From Escherichia coli (lineage in GTDB: Bacteria > Pseudomonadota > Gammaproteobacteria > Enterobacterales > Enterobacteriaceae), in assembly GCA_023061495.1 (NCBI GenBank), contig GCA_023061495.1_3643.1: a stretch of DNA of 64,000 nucleotides. The stretch is one strand, 5' to 3'. Shown here piece after piece: positions 6,777-17,485 of the stretch. Under the pieces are notes generated by a model. The model saw only the letters and a program-made list of their open reading frames with translations, searched no databases and was not told the origin of the DNA. Made by a program: the position numbers and the translations under genes. Every line of letters starts with the position of its first letter. The stretch's first letter is position 1.

Positions 6777-8323
6777 TGTCTAAGATTTACGGACCGTGTT
6801 CTGAAAAGCAGAAGATGATCCTAGAAAACGATGCGGATATTTTGGTAATCGGCGGTGCCGCAGGGTCTGGCAAGTCGTTCCTCCTGCAGTTGATGCCGCT
6901 TAAAATTATTGATGACCCCCACAGCTCTGTGGTTATGTTCCGAAGAACAACCCCACAGTTGGAAGGTGAGGGTGGGCTATGGCCTAAAGCAGTAGCTATT
7001 TATAGTGATCTGCCTGAAAACATTAAGCCAAAGTTCAGAGAGAAGGATCATAAGTTTATTTTCCCACGGTTTGATCCGAGCACTGGCAAGTGGGATAGAA
7101 GCAAAAAGGGAGCTGTTGTAAAATACTGCCACATGGAGTATGTACAGGATAAGCTTAACCATCAAGGTCTTGAGTACACCATGGTTTGCTTCGACGAGGG
7201 CACGCAGTTCGAATGGGAGCAGATAGACTATCTGATGTCTCGTCTGCGATCTCAGTCAAAGTATCCATCAAGAATGGTTATTAGCTGTAACCCCGATTCA
7301 GAACACATGCTTGCCAAACTGGTTAGATGGTGGTTGGACGATGAAGGATATCCAGATCCGGAGAAATGCGGTAAGAAAAGATATTTTATCCGACGCGACG
7401 GTGAATTTATCTGGGGAGACTCTAAAGAAGAGTTGATAGAGAAATACACCACGGTTAACGGACTGGGTGTGGAGATCAAGCCAAGACCGTTGTCATTCTC
7501 ATTTATAGGCGCAACAATATTCGATAATCCTGTCTGCTTAAGAGACAACCCCGAATACCTTGCTTTCCTTGAAGGTCTGCCGGAACTGGAAAAAGCTCAG
7601 CTTCTTCATGGTAACTGGTTTGCAAAGCCTGAGGGTGCAAACTATTTTCAAAGATCTTTCCTTCGTGATGCCGATAGAGTACCCCTTGGATCAGTATCTT
7701 GTAGGGCATGGGATAAGGCAGGAACCGAGAGAACTTCCGGTAATAAATTTCCTGACTTTACCGCCAGTGTTAAGGTAAGTAAGGATAGCGACGGCTTTTA
7801 TTACCTGTCCGGTGATTATTGTCCTGAGAACGTGGATGACGGGAGATATTCCACAGGTCTGGAAGGTAAGTTCTGTAAAAAGGCTGGTGAACGAGATGTG
7901 ATCATCAGGAAACAGGCGCAGTTTGATGGTGATGATTGTATAATCGTATTCTCTGTGGACCCAGGTCAGGCAGGTAAGAGTGAGTTCTTAACCTCCTCCA
8001 GATCCTTACTCGCCGAAGGGTTTAGGGTTGAAGAAGACCCAATGCCTTCCAACAAATCTAAACTAACAAGGTTCTCCCCTTTTGCCAATCTTGCCCAACA
8101 AGGGATGGTGAGGATTGTAAAATCCAGTTTCCATCCTGACACTCTGGAAGCATTTCTGACTGAACTTGAAAAGTTCAACGGGGAAAGATCAACATTTAAC
8201 AGAAAAGACGACTGGGCCGACTGTGTGGCTTCTGCGATTAATTTCCTGGAGAAAGAGGAGGTAGCACTTCCTTGTGTGATTCCATCAATCTCATCACCTT
8301 CTATGTTCAAGCGTTTTATCTAA
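6776..8323 (+). CDS. terL: terminase large subunit
   Basis: 515 aa; Walker A ADILVIGGAAGSGKSF near the N-terminus; Walker B-like MVCFDEGTQF; first gene of the head module. Confidence 0.85.
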   Translation: MSKIYGPCSEKQKMILENDADILVIGGAAGSGKSFLLQLMPLKIIDDPHSSVVMFRRTTPQLEGEGGLWPKAVAIYSDLPENIKPKFREKDHKFIFPRFDPSTGKWDRSKKGAVVKYCHMEYVQDKLNHQGLEYTMVCFDEGTQFEWEQIDYLMSRLRSQSKYPSRMVISCNPDSEHMLAKLVRWWLDDEGYPDPEKCGKKRYFIRRDGEFIWGDSKEELIEKYTTVNGLGVEIKPRPLSFSFIGATIFDNPVCLRDNPEYLAFLEGLPELEKAQLLHGNWFAKPEGANYFQRSFLRDADRVPLGSVSCRAWDKAGTERTSGNKFPDFTASVKVSKDSDGFYYLSGDYCPENVDDGRYSTGLEGKFCKKAGERDVIIRKQAQFDGDDCIIVFSVDPGQAGKSEFLTSSRSLLAEGFRVEEDPMPSNKSKLTRFSPFANLAQQGMVRIVKSSFHPDTLEAFLTELEKFNGERSTFNRKDDWADCVASAINFLEKEEVALPCVIPSISSPSMFKRFI

Positions 8324-8326
8324 GTG

Positions 8327-8355
8327 TTGCCAATCTTAATTAGATGTGGTAGAAT
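8327..8355 (+). promoter_or_regulatory. sigma70-like promoter (TTGCCA-N17-TAGAAT)
   Basis: Read directly between terminase and portal genes. Confidence 0.4.
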
Positions 8356-8425
8356 AGAGTAATCGGAGATACTAGCCCTCTAACACGAGGGCTATTTTGT
8401 TATACTGTTTTGAGGGGTAAAGCTT

Positions 8426-9982
8426 GTGTCCAAAAAGAACCGCAGGAAACACAACGCCACAGCCAAAACTGTGAATAAATCTGGGAACGCAGGCGCACCA
8501 ACTCATAATGTTCGTATGAGTGAGATCGGTTCTGGCGCACTTTCCCAAATTATGGCAGAATCGCAATCTATGATGGTTGAGGAATTGCGTTGGCCTCAGC
8601 TGATTGCCACCGTGGAGACTATGAAATGTGATTCCACAGTTGCCACTGCCTTAGATACAAAATATGTTTTCATCACGAAAGCATTCAATGATTTTAAGAT
8701 CCTTTATAATGTTAAAAGTGAAGACTCTAAGAAAGCTGCCGAGCTTATAGAGTATTCTTTGCGTAATTTGGCAAACCAACAAACTCTTCGAGATATTGCA
8801 AGAAGCGCAGCTACCTTTAACGAGTATGGTTTTTCACTGTTTGAGAAAGTATACCGCAGAGAGAAAGAAGGTAAATATGCCGGGATGCTTCTTATTGATA
8901 AAATTGCATTCCGACCGCAGGCCAGTCTGTCCAGATCAGAGCCGTTTGTCTTTGACAAGAACAGTAGAACACTGACAGGTATTTATCAGTCACCTAATGC
9001 ATTTCTAAACACTCAGAATGCACGCTGGGCTGGACCTCTTGCTGCAATGCCTCCAAAAGGCTTTAATGAGCCTGAAATTTTCATCCCTGCTAAAAAGCTT
9101 ATGCTCATGACCCTGTCAGGAACAGAATCTAACCCTGCAGGTGTGTCACCAATGATAGGTTGCTACAGATCTTTCCGTGAGAAAGTTCTGATTGAAAACC
9201 TTGAGGTTGTTGGCTGCTCCAAAGACCTTGGTGGTGTGCTTGAGCTGAAAATTCCTTCCAATATTTTGAACAAGGCCAGCATTGACCCGAATTCGATGGA
9301 AGGGAGAATGGTTGCAGATCTTATGTTGGACGCAGCAAACGCCCATAGTGGTGAGCAAAGTTTCTTTATACTTCCGTCTGATAGAGATAAGTCTGGTAAA
9401 GAGCTTTACTCCATGACCCTGAAGGGGGTTGACGGTATGGGTAAGCAGTATTCCACTAAAGATTTGATTGATGCCCGTAAGAAGGCGATTCTTGACCGTT
9501 TCGGTGCTGGATTTATTAACCTCGGTAACGATAACGTTGGATCCTTCTCTCTGTCTGAGTCAAAACAGTCTATCCATGGTCATTTTGTTCAGCGTGATAT
9601 AGATATTATCACTGAGGCCTTCAATAAAGATCTTATCCCACAGCTTCTGGCATTGAATGGTATCATCCTTGAAGATGATGATATGCCTAAACTGAAACCT
9701 GGTCTGATTGAAGAAGTGGACATGGAGAGCTTCTCCAAGTTTGTCCAGAGGATCGGTGCTGTAGGTTACTTGCCAAAAACTCCTGCAGTAATTAATAAGA
9801 TTCTTGAAGTAGGTGGGTTTGATGAAAGATTTGACGAGGACATGGATCAGGAAGAGCTGATGAAGCTCTTGGGCCAGGATATCAGTAGGGCTGGTGATGG
9901 AATGGCTGCAGGATCCACTGGTAACGGCACTTCTAAGATGTCATCAACCAGAGATAATTCCATATCCAACATGGAAAATTAA
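8426..9982 (+). CDS. portal protein
   Basis: 518 aa immediately after the large terminase, GTG start with GAGGGG RBS; size and order typical of portals. Confidence 0.7.
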   Translation: MSKKNRRKHNATAKTVNKSGNAGAPTHNVRMSEIGSGALSQIMAESQSMMVEELRWPQLIATVETMKCDSTVATALDTKYVFITKAFNDFKILYNVKSEDSKKAAELIEYSLRNLANQQTLRDIARSAATFNEYGFSLFEKVYRREKEGKYAGMLLIDKIAFRPQASLSRSEPFVFDKNSRTLTGIYQSPNAFLNTQNARWAGPLAAMPPKGFNEPEIFIPAKKLMLMTLSGTESNPAGVSPMIGCYRSFREKVLIENLEVVGCSKDLGGVLELKIPSNILNKASIDPNSMEGRMVADLMLDAANAHSGEQSFFILPSDRDKSGKELYSMTLKGVDGMGKQYSTKDLIDARKKAILDRFGAGFINLGNDNVGSFSLSESKQSIHGHFVQRDIDIITEAFNKDLIPQLLALNGIILEDDDMPKLKPGLIEEVDMESFSKFVQRIGAVGYLPKTPAVINKILEVGGFDERFDEDMDQEELMKLLGQDISRAGDGMAAGSTGNGTSKMSSTRDNSISNMEN

Positions 9983-10049
9983 AAATTATCAACACAGGGG
10001 GTTGCAAAACCTCCTTTGGCGTGATAAAATAATCCACATGGGGAATAAG

Positions 10050-10469
10050 ATGCCACAGGAAGAAATGATTTCCTACGAAATCATCTACGAACCTGACACT
10101 AAAGATGCTCACGGTGAGTGGATGAGTAAAGACACCATCAAAAAGGCTAAAGATAACTGGGACGCAGCATACGCCGCAGGCCTAGTTTCTGAGAACCTTT
10201 TCCACTTGACCTCTACAGATGCTTTCACCATTGAAAAGACGTGGATTCAAGAAGAGTTTGATGTTGTAGTGATTGGCACTGAGCAGGTCATCAAGGCTGG
10301 CTCTTGGGTTGCTAAAGTTAAATACAATAATCCTGAACTATGGGAAGCTAAGAAGGCTGGCATTGTTGGTGGCCTAAGCATTCAGGCAACAGGTAATGTT
10401 GATGAAGAAACTGGTGAAATTACCAACGTAAACTTCGGGATCAGTGTTGTAGAAGAGGGCAATGAATAA
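10050..10469 (+). CDS. head morphogenesis protein (possible prohead protease or accessory head protein)
   Basis: Internal ATG 10050 preferred because track start 9894 overlaps the portal 3' end; sits between portal and scaffold; no catalytic motif identified. Confidence 0.35.
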   Translation: MPQEEMISYEIIYEPDTKDAHGEWMSKDTIKKAKDNWDAAYAAGLVSENLFHLTSTDAFTIEKTWIQEEFDVVVIGTEQVIKAGSWVAKVKYNNPELWEAKKAGIVGGLSIQATGNVDEETGEITNVNFGISVVEEGNE

Positions 10470-11446
10470 TGTCTGAAAAAACGATTACTATTAAAGAGAA
10501 GGGGATTGCCCTGTGCCATAAGGCGCAAGGCTATAGCGCTAACAACAGACCTGTATCTCTTTTGATGAAGAGTGATCTTAAGCCTGAGCAGTTAACAGAC
10601 GATATTGTTAAGGCACTTCGCCAAGTTACTGTGGAGCTTAGTTTTGAAGAATACCTGCGTCGTTTCTTCGATATGTGGTATGATGATGCTAAAGCACTTG
10701 CACACATGCTTGGTTTTGAGATTGAAGAGGAGGCTTGGGCTAAAGAGCATCCTGATTGGGAATGGGCGCAAGCTGACGCAGAGTCTTGTATTGCATGGCT
10801 GGAAGAGCGTTGTGATAACGTGACCATTCATAAAGCTGCAAAAGAAGGTAAGCAGCTTAGTGTGGTAGATCAGTACAGCCTGTTAAAAACACAACAGATT
10901 TTTGAACAAGTAACCGCTGATCTCTTCGATAAAGAAGGGAACCTGATCAAGGCGGTACAGGAACCTGCTGAGGTAGATAAAACTACCGAGGTGGATGATG
11001 TTGCAAAATCCGCAAATACCGAGGAGAATCCGGTGGACGTAACCAAAACTAAAGAGTATCTGGATCTGCTGAAGCAAGTAGAAGAGCTGAAAGCAACCCA
11101 GAGTAAAGCTGAAGAAATCATCAAGGCCCAGGTTGAAGTTGAAAAAGCTAAAATGCTGACTAAAGCTCAAGCTTTAAGCTTTGTTGGTGAAGAAGATCAT
11201 GCAACCCTGGTTGACTTCATGCTGGAAAAAGCTAACGAACCTATTGTAGCTATGCTGGAGAAAGCTCAAGCCAAAATTGAAGAGCTGGAAGCAGAGGTGC
11301 ATAAAACCAAAGAAGAGTTTGCCACCACTGAACATGGTAATGATGGCGAACCTGTTGTGGATGATATTGCAAAATCCGCAGAAGAAATTCTTGCTGAAAA
11401 CGTTGCAAAAGCACTTGCTCGTGCACGTGCAGAATCTACTAAATAA
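10469..11446 (+). CDS. scaffolding protein
   Basis: 325 aa, acidic, alanine/glutamate/lysine-rich coiled-coil-like sequence; located between portal and major capsid genes. Confidence 0.6.
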   Translation: MSEKTITIKEKGIALCHKAQGYSANNRPVSLLMKSDLKPEQLTDDIVKALRQVTVELSFEEYLRRFFDMWYDDAKALAHMLGFEIEEEAWAKEHPDWEWAQADAESCIAWLEERCDNVTIHKAAKEGKQLSVVDQYSLLKTQQIFEQVTADLFDKEGNLIKAVQEPAEVDKTTEVDDVAKSANTEENPVDVTKTKEYLDLLKQVEELKATQSKAEEIIKAQVEVEKAKMLTKAQALSFVGEEDHATLVDFMLEKANEPIVAMLEKAQAKIEELEAEVHKTKEEFATTEHGNDGEPVVDDIAKSAEEILAENVAKALARARAESTK

Positions 11447-11466
11447 GACATTAACGGGGGAAATAA

Positions 11467-11853
11467 ATGATTACCGCTCAATATTCTGATATCGTGCTCG
11501 GCAAAGTTGATTCTAGCGATGCTGGCTACAATTTTAAAGAGATCAAGGTAACACTGACAGAGCATCACCACGCTGGTACTGTTGTAACAAAAACCGGGAC
11601 TATCGCTAACGCAGACGGTTCTGATGTGTACGGCGTTCTTGTTGACCGTGCTCTTGTCAAAGATGCTGGTACGGTTCATCTTGCAAAACCATTAGAAGTG
11701 GGTCAGTCCTATAACCTGGTTGTTGCCGTTCACGGTGTTACCTTTGCAAAAGATATGCTGTTAGGTGCAGACGGAGCTAAAGCAGACCAAAGAATTCTGG
11801 ATAAGTTGGAAGCTTTAGGTAACAAAGTTCACGTCCAGACTATTGGTGAATAA
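11467..11853 (+). CDS. head decoration protein (lambda gpD-like position)
   Basis: 128 aa immediately upstream of the major capsid gene; Gly/Val-rich beta-type composition. Confidence 0.45.
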   Translation: MITAQYSDIVLGKVDSSDAGYNFKEIKVTLTEHHHAGTVVTKTGTIANADGSDVYGVLVDRALVKDAGTVHLAKPLEVGQSYNLVVAVHGVTFAKDMLLGADGAKADQRILDKLEALGNKVHVQTIGE

Positions 11854-11903
11854 TAAGCCCTAAATTGTTCGGGAAATATTTAAGTTTTACTTTGGAGAAA
11901 TAA

Positions 11904-12914
11904 ATGATTACTCGTAAAGATGAATTTGGCATTGTTGATTTAGGTGCTACTCTGGACCTTGTTCCGCGCCAATTCCGACTGATCACTGGTATGGATCTGT
12001 TCGAAACCCGTCTCGGCACCTCAACAATTGCTCAGATCGAGCGTGTTGATGAAGTTGTAACCGACATTCCGGCACGCCGTCGTGGCGGTGAGCGTAACTA
12101 CGTTGGTAGTGAACGTGCTCAGGTTAAAAACCTGAACATCCCGTTCTTCCCTCTGGACAAAGGCATCACTGCCGCAGATGTTCAGAACTTCCGTCGTTAC
12201 TTCACCCCTGATGCTCCGAAAACTGTTCAGGATGTAGTAACCCGCGTTGTTCGCCGTATCCGTGTTTCTCATGAAGCACTGCGTGAGAAAGCGCTGTTCC
12301 AGGCTATTCTGGGTAAATCCTATGCACCTGGTGACGCTACCTGTCAGTATGATTACTACACTCTGTGGGATGTGTCTCAGAAGTCTGTTGAGATTGACCC
12401 TGCAAAAGCAGATCAGGATCCTATGGAGGTTCTGGAAGAAGCTCGTCTGCACATCGCACTGCAAGCTGGCGATAACGCAGCTGGCTATCGTATTGTAGCT
12501 CTGTGCTCACCAGAGTTCTTCAGCGCTATTACCCATCACCCGCTGGTAGAACTGGCATACACCTATTACGGCTCTGCTCAGGAACCTCTGCGTCGCCGTC
12601 TGGGTGCTGGCGGTCAAGACAGCGTATACCGTGTGTTTGAACATAAAGGTATCACCTTTATCGAAGATATCTCTGGCAATATTCCTAAGAAAGAGGCTCG
12701 CATTCTGCCGATGGGTATTGATCAGATGTTCCAGCTGCACTTTGCTCCGGCAGACGATGTTAACGAAGCAAACACTCCAGCACAGGAACTGTACATGTGG
12801 TACAAACACTCTGCATACCTGCGTGAAGAGAAGATTGAATCTGAAACTTCTATGCTGGCAGTTAACACCCGTCCAGAGTTGGTTGTTAAAGTAACTCTGA
12901 AAAACGGTGGCTAA
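11904..12914 (+). CDS. major capsid protein (lambda gpE-like)
   Basis: 336 aa; host-like high-expression codon usage (ctg/cgt/ggt); follows scaffold and decoration genes; strong terminator immediately downstream. Confidence 0.75.
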   Translation: MITRKDEFGIVDLGATLDLVPRQFRLITGMDLFETRLGTSTIAQIERVDEVVTDIPARRRGGERNYVGSERAQVKNLNIPFFPLDKGITAADVQNFRRYFTPDAPKTVQDVVTRVVRRIRVSHEALREKALFQAILGKSYAPGDATCQYDYYTLWDVSQKSVEIDPAKADQDPMEVLEEARLHIALQAGDNAAGYRIVALCSPEFFSAITHHPLVELAYTYYGSAQEPLRRRLGAGGQDSVYRVFEHKGITFIEDISGNIPKKEARILPMGIDQMFQLHFAPADDVNEANTPAQELYMWYKHSAYLREEKIESETSMLAVNTRPELVVKVTLKNGG

Positions 12915-12937
12915 TCACTAAGGTGATTCATCCCATA

Positions 12938-12968
12938 TGGGGAGGGGGTTCTCCCCTCCCCTTTTTTT
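12938..12968 (+). terminator. rho-independent terminator
   Basis: ggggaggggg-ttct-cccctcccc stem followed by TTTTTTT, directly after the capsid gene. Confidence 0.8.
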
Positions 12969-12996
12969 ATTTATTAGGGTTTAACAGGAGTGTCCC

Positions 12997-13842
12997 GTGA
13001 AGAGAGCCGTATATCCAGTTGAGTATGATCCTCTATTAAGAGTTTTCAACAATCAGTTAAGTTTCTATCAATTTTTAGCACAATATAACCCAGAAATCAA
13101 TGTTGGTTTATCAGCCTTGCTACCACCAACAGAATTCGTTATTGGCAGTGTTCACTATCCATGCAGAACTATTGTAGACTTCTTCGAGAAGATTGCAAAA
13201 CATACAGGCCTGCCAATTGATACTGGTATTTCAACCATCCGTATGGGTGTTATTCTTCTGTTCTTCACAGAGAACCTTGATGAAAGCACTTTAACACTGC
13301 AAAGCGGAGATGTCAATATCACACTCACCCCGTCAGTGTTTAAAGAGGTAGATGCTGCTTTCAAAGTTTCCGTGGCAGAGGGACATCTGTGGGACCCTGT
13401 AGGGATGCCTAAAAAAGTGACCATAAACGATGAGCAATGCAGCATTGTTTATGAAGAAGATACCCAAACTTTCACCATCGAATGGCCTAAGAAACGCTCT
13501 CAGGTTGTAAATCTTGGGCTGACCTCTACGATAGCTCCACCGCCTCAACCAGAGCCGGAGCCGCCTGTAGGTCCTACTGAACCTGGTGGTGGTGAAGAAT
13601 CCCAAGGTCCGACTGTACCTGAGGGAGGCACTGAGCAGGATCCTGAACAGACACAAGAATCAAGATCTTCTCGCAGTGATGTTGATGCCCTACTACAGCA
13701 GGCCGCAGCTCTTAACAACGAAGATGACAAAAGTGGTTCAAAAGATGCACTCCAAACCTTCGCCAAAGAGCACGGTGTTACCTTAAGTAAGGCAAAAACT
13801 TTCCAAAATATGATGAAAGATTTTGAGGCTGCACTGGCATAA
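12997..13842 (+). CDS. structural protein with Pro/Glu-rich linker
   Basis: 281 aa, GTG start; low-complexity PPPQPEPEPPVGPTEPGGGEE linker. Confidence 0.4.
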   Translation: MKRAVYPVEYDPLLRVFNNQLSFYQFLAQYNPEINVGLSALLPPTEFVIGSVHYPCRTIVDFFEKIAKHTGLPIDTGISTIRMGVILLFFTENLDESTLTLQSGDVNITLTPSVFKEVDAAFKVSVAEGHLWDPVGMPKKVTINDEQCSIVYEEDTQTFTIEWPKKRSQVVNLGLTSTIAPPPQPEPEPPVGPTEPGGGEESQGPTVPEGGTEQDPEQTQESRSSRSDVDALLQQAAALNNEDDKSGSKDALQTFAKEHGVTLSKAKTFQNMMKDFEAALA

Positions 13843-13849
13843 TTTTGTT

Positions 13850-13885
13850 AAGGCCCCTTCCAAATTAGGAATGGGGCTTTATTTT
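13850..13885 (+). terminator. terminator-like hairpin plus T-run
   Basis: ggcccc...ggggc stem followed by TTTATTTTT. Confidence 0.55.
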
Positions 13886-13901
13886 TACGAGGTATTTTCA
13901 A

Positions 13902-14522
13902 ATGGCATGGTATGAAGATGAAGAGATTATCCCGTCCCCGCCTAACCATGATGGTGCAGTAGATACCCCAGAAGAACCACCAAAAGAAGATCCTGTACCT
14001 CCGGAACCTGATCCAGACCAACCTCTTATTAATATTATGAGGTTGTTGCTTGGCAATGTTGATGAGGAAACCCTCCCTGACGAGGTAATTAAAACATTCC
14101 TTGACATGGAGAAGTTGAAACTAAATTATCCGGCAGATCCTGATAAGCTGCCTCTGCTTAAGTACAATGTGCTTGTGCAGCTTGTGCGGTGGCTGATGAT
14201 GCAGGAAGTGTCCAGCGGTAATGCAAGTATAACTTCCCGTCTGGAAAAAATAGGTGATGAGACCATAGAGATTCGTGGTGGATCTTCCTACGCCCAATGG
14301 AAAGATTTCCTTGATTGGCTGCTGGCACACCCAGACTATGTAGATTCTGAGTTAGATGCTTACAGCAGAATGATTATCATTGGTGGTGTTCGTGTAGACG
14401 AAGGAATTCGGGTTAAATTTAATGAAAACAGCAACGGACCGTTCGATGTCCAGGGGATTACACCTATCAGTGGTCTAAATAACCAACCTCCTCGCCACCC
14501 AAGACGCAAACGCAGTTTTTAA
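13902..14522 (+). CDS. head-tail joining region protein
   Basis: 206 aa; acidic Pro-rich N-terminus; position between capsid and tail genes. Confidence 0.35.
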   Translation: MAWYEDEEIIPSPPNHDGAVDTPEEPPKEDPVPPEPDPDQPLINIMRLLLGNVDEETLPDEVIKTFLDMEKLKLNYPADPDKLPLLKYNVLVQLVRWLMMQEVSSGNASITSRLEKIGDETIEIRGGSSYAQWKDFLDWLLAHPDYVDSELDAYSRMIIIGGVRVDEGIRVKFNENSNGPFDVQGITPISGLNNQPPRHPRRKRSF

Positions 14523-14575
14523 AAATTGTTGCTTTTGATGTATCTTTGTGGTAAAATACATTAGTGAGGGATATA

Positions 14576-15034
14576 ATGCTAAAGGTTAAATGTCAAACAA
14601 GGTTCAACCTAAAGCGTTTAGATCGCTTCTACAAAGAACTTGTGAGACTTGAAAGTAAAACAATAACCTACGGCTTTTATGACGAACCTCACCCGTCAGG
14701 CTTAAATATGGCAACATTGGCAGCCATTCACAACTTCGGTTGGAACGGGCTGCCTGTTCGCAATTTCATGGAGACAGCCTTTGCATTTCACAGCACTCAA
14801 CTACAGACCTTGACAGAAAAATTGTTGAGAGCTATGGCTAGAGGATCAAGTGCAGAGGCTATTCTTAAGCAGATGGGGGACACAGGGGCCAAAGCTATCC
14901 AGTTTGTTATTGAGGCTGGGCAGTTTAGTAATCCTACTGTTAGCGAGCAGTGGGCACAAGAGAAAGGCTTCAACGAGGCTATGCGGCATTACGATGTGCT
15001 GCTTGAATCTGCAACCTTTAAAATCGGACAGTAA
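14576..15034 (+). CDS. head-tail connector/completion protein (by position)
   Basis: ORF with GAGGGA RBS before ATG 14576 (track start 14564 also possible). Confidence 0.35.
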   Translation: MLKVKCQTRFNLKRLDRFYKELVRLESKTITYGFYDEPHPSGLNMATLAAIHNFGWNGLPVRNFMETAFAFHSTQLQTLTEKLLRAMARGSSAEAILKQMGDTGAKAIQFVIEAGQFSNPTVSEQWAQEKGFNEAMRHYDVLLESATFKIGQ

Positions 15035-15049
15035 AAATAAGGGGGTTGA

Positions 15050-15475
15050 GTGGCAGCAGGTTATAAGCTGATAGGAAAGAACAGACTAATACCTCGTAAA
15101 ACATTCAAAGGTCGCCACAGAGTGTATAACAAAACAGTTGGTGGCCCTTTTGCCAACGAGGGGTTAGAACTTGAGTATGAAGAGTTTGATGTCTTAGAGT
15201 GTGTTGTGCAACCGTTGACAGGAAGGGCAGCTAAAGATTACTCCTCTCAAATAAATCCTGAAGGTGACAGACAGTACGAGGCTTTTACAGTTTACTCCTC
15301 AACCAAGTTGTGCAGTCCAGATGAAGGAACATATGCAATGGCTGATCAAATTCAGCTGCCTGACATCCGTGGTGACTTGAAATGGTTTACCGTTTTAAAA
15401 TGCGATGCATATGTCACATCTGGCGGTGGAAGATATAGATTTTTTGTGGTGGAAGAGCCTGAAGGAGAAAACTAA
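15050..15475 (+). CDS. head-tail or tail completion protein (by position)
   Basis: 141-aa ORF, GTG start with AAGGGGG RBS. Confidence 0.35.
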   Translation: MAAGYKLIGKNRLIPRKTFKGRHRVYNKTVGGPFANEGLELEYEEFDVLECVVQPLTGRAAKDYSSQINPEGDRQYEAFTVYSSTKLCSPDEGTYAMADQIQLPDIRGDLKWFTVLKCDAYVTSGGGRYRFFVVEEPEGEN

Positions 15476-16026
15476 TGGAAGCTTTCGAAAAAGTTTTTTC
15501 TGATCTTGAAACAACCATTGCTAAGCTTGTCAAGGTTGCCACAGGAAGAACTGTAGTTCTGGCAGAAAGCTCTACCATACCGAAGCCGGAAGGTGAGTTT
15601 GTACTTTTACAAACCTTGGCGATCAATCCCACCACTTGGGAAGATAATGAGTTTCAAGATGCGGAGGGTAATGCTTACGTAACACACAGTTACACTGTTA
15701 CCTATCTGTTAACAGCTTATCGTGGCAGGGCACATGCTGCACTTGGCAGAGTATTGCAAGCAATAAACCTTCCAATGTTTTATGACAAGTATTTCCCTCT
15801 GGGATCGTGCTTTGCCTACTCTAACAATTCAACAATCTCACCTCAAAGAGTGCCGTTGAATAAGCAGGCGTATGAAAATAGGGCCACGGTAATGCTGACA
15901 TTTAACGTAAGGTTTGTTGAGACAGACATTGGGGCTTTTGAGGATCTTCAGGGAATTAAGGCTGAAATAACCACACACTTCCCTCCACCCAATTCTGATA
16001 AATCGGTTACAGACAGTGGTCAGTAA
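15475..16026 (+). CDS. tail completion/terminator-type protein (by position)
   Basis: 183-aa ORF start-overlapping the previous stop. Confidence 0.35.
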   Translation: MEAFEKVFSDLETTIAKLVKVATGRTVVLAESSTIPKPEGEFVLLQTLAINPTTWEDNEFQDAEGNAYVTHSYTVTYLLTAYRGRAHAALGRVLQAINLPMFYDKYFPLGSCFAYSNNSTISPQRVPLNKQAYENRATVMLTFNVRFVETDIGAFEDLQGIKAEITTHFPPPNSDKSVTDSGQ

Positions 16027-16098
16027 TCGTTATAATTGTGTAGTGTAATGATTACACTGCGTGTTTGATATCCGTGCACAGATATTAAGAGGAAACAA

Positions 16099-17475
16099 AT
16101 GCCATATTTAGATAAAGTGGTAGATGTTACAGTTAACCTCGGAACCCAACCTATTGACACTGTAGGTTTCGAAACTCCGCTGTTCATCGCTATCCACAAC
16201 AACTTTACTGAGCGAGCTCGTGTATATGCTGAGCTGGATCAGATGGTGGAAGACGGTTTCGCACAAGGCTCTGCAGCGTATGAGTTTGCAGCAAAAGCTT
16301 TCGGCGGTGTATTCCCTCCACAGTATGTTATGATCGGCAGACAAGCCAAAGAAAAAACCACTGTAGATTTTAAAGGTATTGCTGCCGCAGCTGATACCGA
16401 TGTCGTAATGACCATTGCAAAAGGTGGCTACAATACTTCTTTGATAGTCCCTATCTCTGGTGGAACAGGTGCAACTCAGATTGCAGAGGCAATGAAGACT
16501 AAAATCGAAGCCGATGATAACTTGGACGATATCACTGTAGAGGCTGCTGAAGGTGTTATCACCATCACTGGTAACTGCACTGTTGGTTATCATACTGGTA
16601 ACTATACAATCAAAAATATCGCCAATGCTGAAAAACCTTCTACAGTAGTTGATAAGATCAATGCTGAGCGGGACAATTGGTACTTCCTGTGCCATGAAGA
16701 CCACACCGACATTGAAGCATGTGCTAAGTGGGCTCAGGCTAACTACAAGCTGCATGTCTACTCTACTGCAGAAGATGTGACTGGCAAAGAAAGTAACATC
16801 GCCACCAAACTGATGGCTGCACAATATGATAGTGTCGGCATGTACGATCCTCGTGCGGATAAAGATTTTCCGGAGGGTGGTATCATAGGTGCTATGGCAT
16901 CCAACGACCCGTCTTACGGTGACAGTTTGCACTTAAAACAGATGCCTGGTGTGATTGCACCATCTCTGACTTTGACTCAGCGTATGGCGATTTGGGAAAA
17001 CCACGTTAACTTCTACAGAATGATTAACGGTGTTGGCGCTTTCTGGGAAGGTAAGTGTGCTTCAGGTCAGTATGCAGACGCTATTCGTTTTGCACACTGG
17101 ATCAAGTTCAGATCTGAAGAATCCATGTTCGGGTACATGCATCGCCGCTCCAATATGGGTTTAAGCATGAAGATGTCTGATGATGATCTTCCGGTTATCA
17201 AGTCTGTTCTGATGAACAACCCGATCAATACTGGCATTAAGAATGGCGCGATCCTGACAGGTTTTGACGAAGACAACAATGTGTTCTACGACCCGATCAT
17301 CACAGTTCCTAAACGTGCAGAAATCCCAACCAATCAGTTGGCTGCTCGTGTTCTGGAAGGTGTGAAAGTAGAACTGGTGTATAACAACGCCTTGCACTTC
17401 GTTCGTATCCGGATCAACGTCCTCCTGGACAAAGTTGGTTCTAAATCCACCAATGCTGTTGCAATGACTGAATAA
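16099..17475 (+). CDS. tail sheath-like major tail protein
   Basis: 458 aa, AAGAGGA RBS, high-expression codon usage; immediately followed by a 157-aa tube-like protein, chaperone and tape measure; family assignment from memory only. Confidence 0.5.
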   Translation: MPYLDKVVDVTVNLGTQPIDTVGFETPLFIAIHNNFTERARVYAELDQMVEDGFAQGSAAYEFAAKAFGGVFPPQYVMIGRQAKEKTTVDFKGIAAAADTDVVMTIAKGGYNTSLIVPISGGTGATQIAEAMKTKIEADDNLDDITVEAAEGVITITGNCTVGYHTGNYTIKNIANAEKPSTVVDKINAERDNWYFLCHEDHTDIEACAKWAQANYKLHVYSTAEDVTGKESNIATKLMAAQYDSVGMYDPRADKDFPEGGIIGAMASNDPSYGDSLHLKQMPGVIAPSLTLTQRMAIWENHVNFYRMINGVGAFWEGKCASGQYADAIRFAHWIKFRSEESMFGYMHRRSNMGLSMKMSDDDLPVIKSVLMNNPINTGIKNGAILTGFDEDNNVFYDPIITVPKRAEIPTNQLAARVLEGVKVELVYNNALHFVRIRINVLLDKVGSKSTNAVAMTE

Positions 17476-17485
17476 GGAAGACTAG

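Noticed and set aside
9894-10049. 5' part of ORF 9894-10469 overlapping the portal gene
   Set aside because: It overlaps the portal 3' end by about 90 nt; ATG 10050 (or 10038) just after the portal stop is more plausible.
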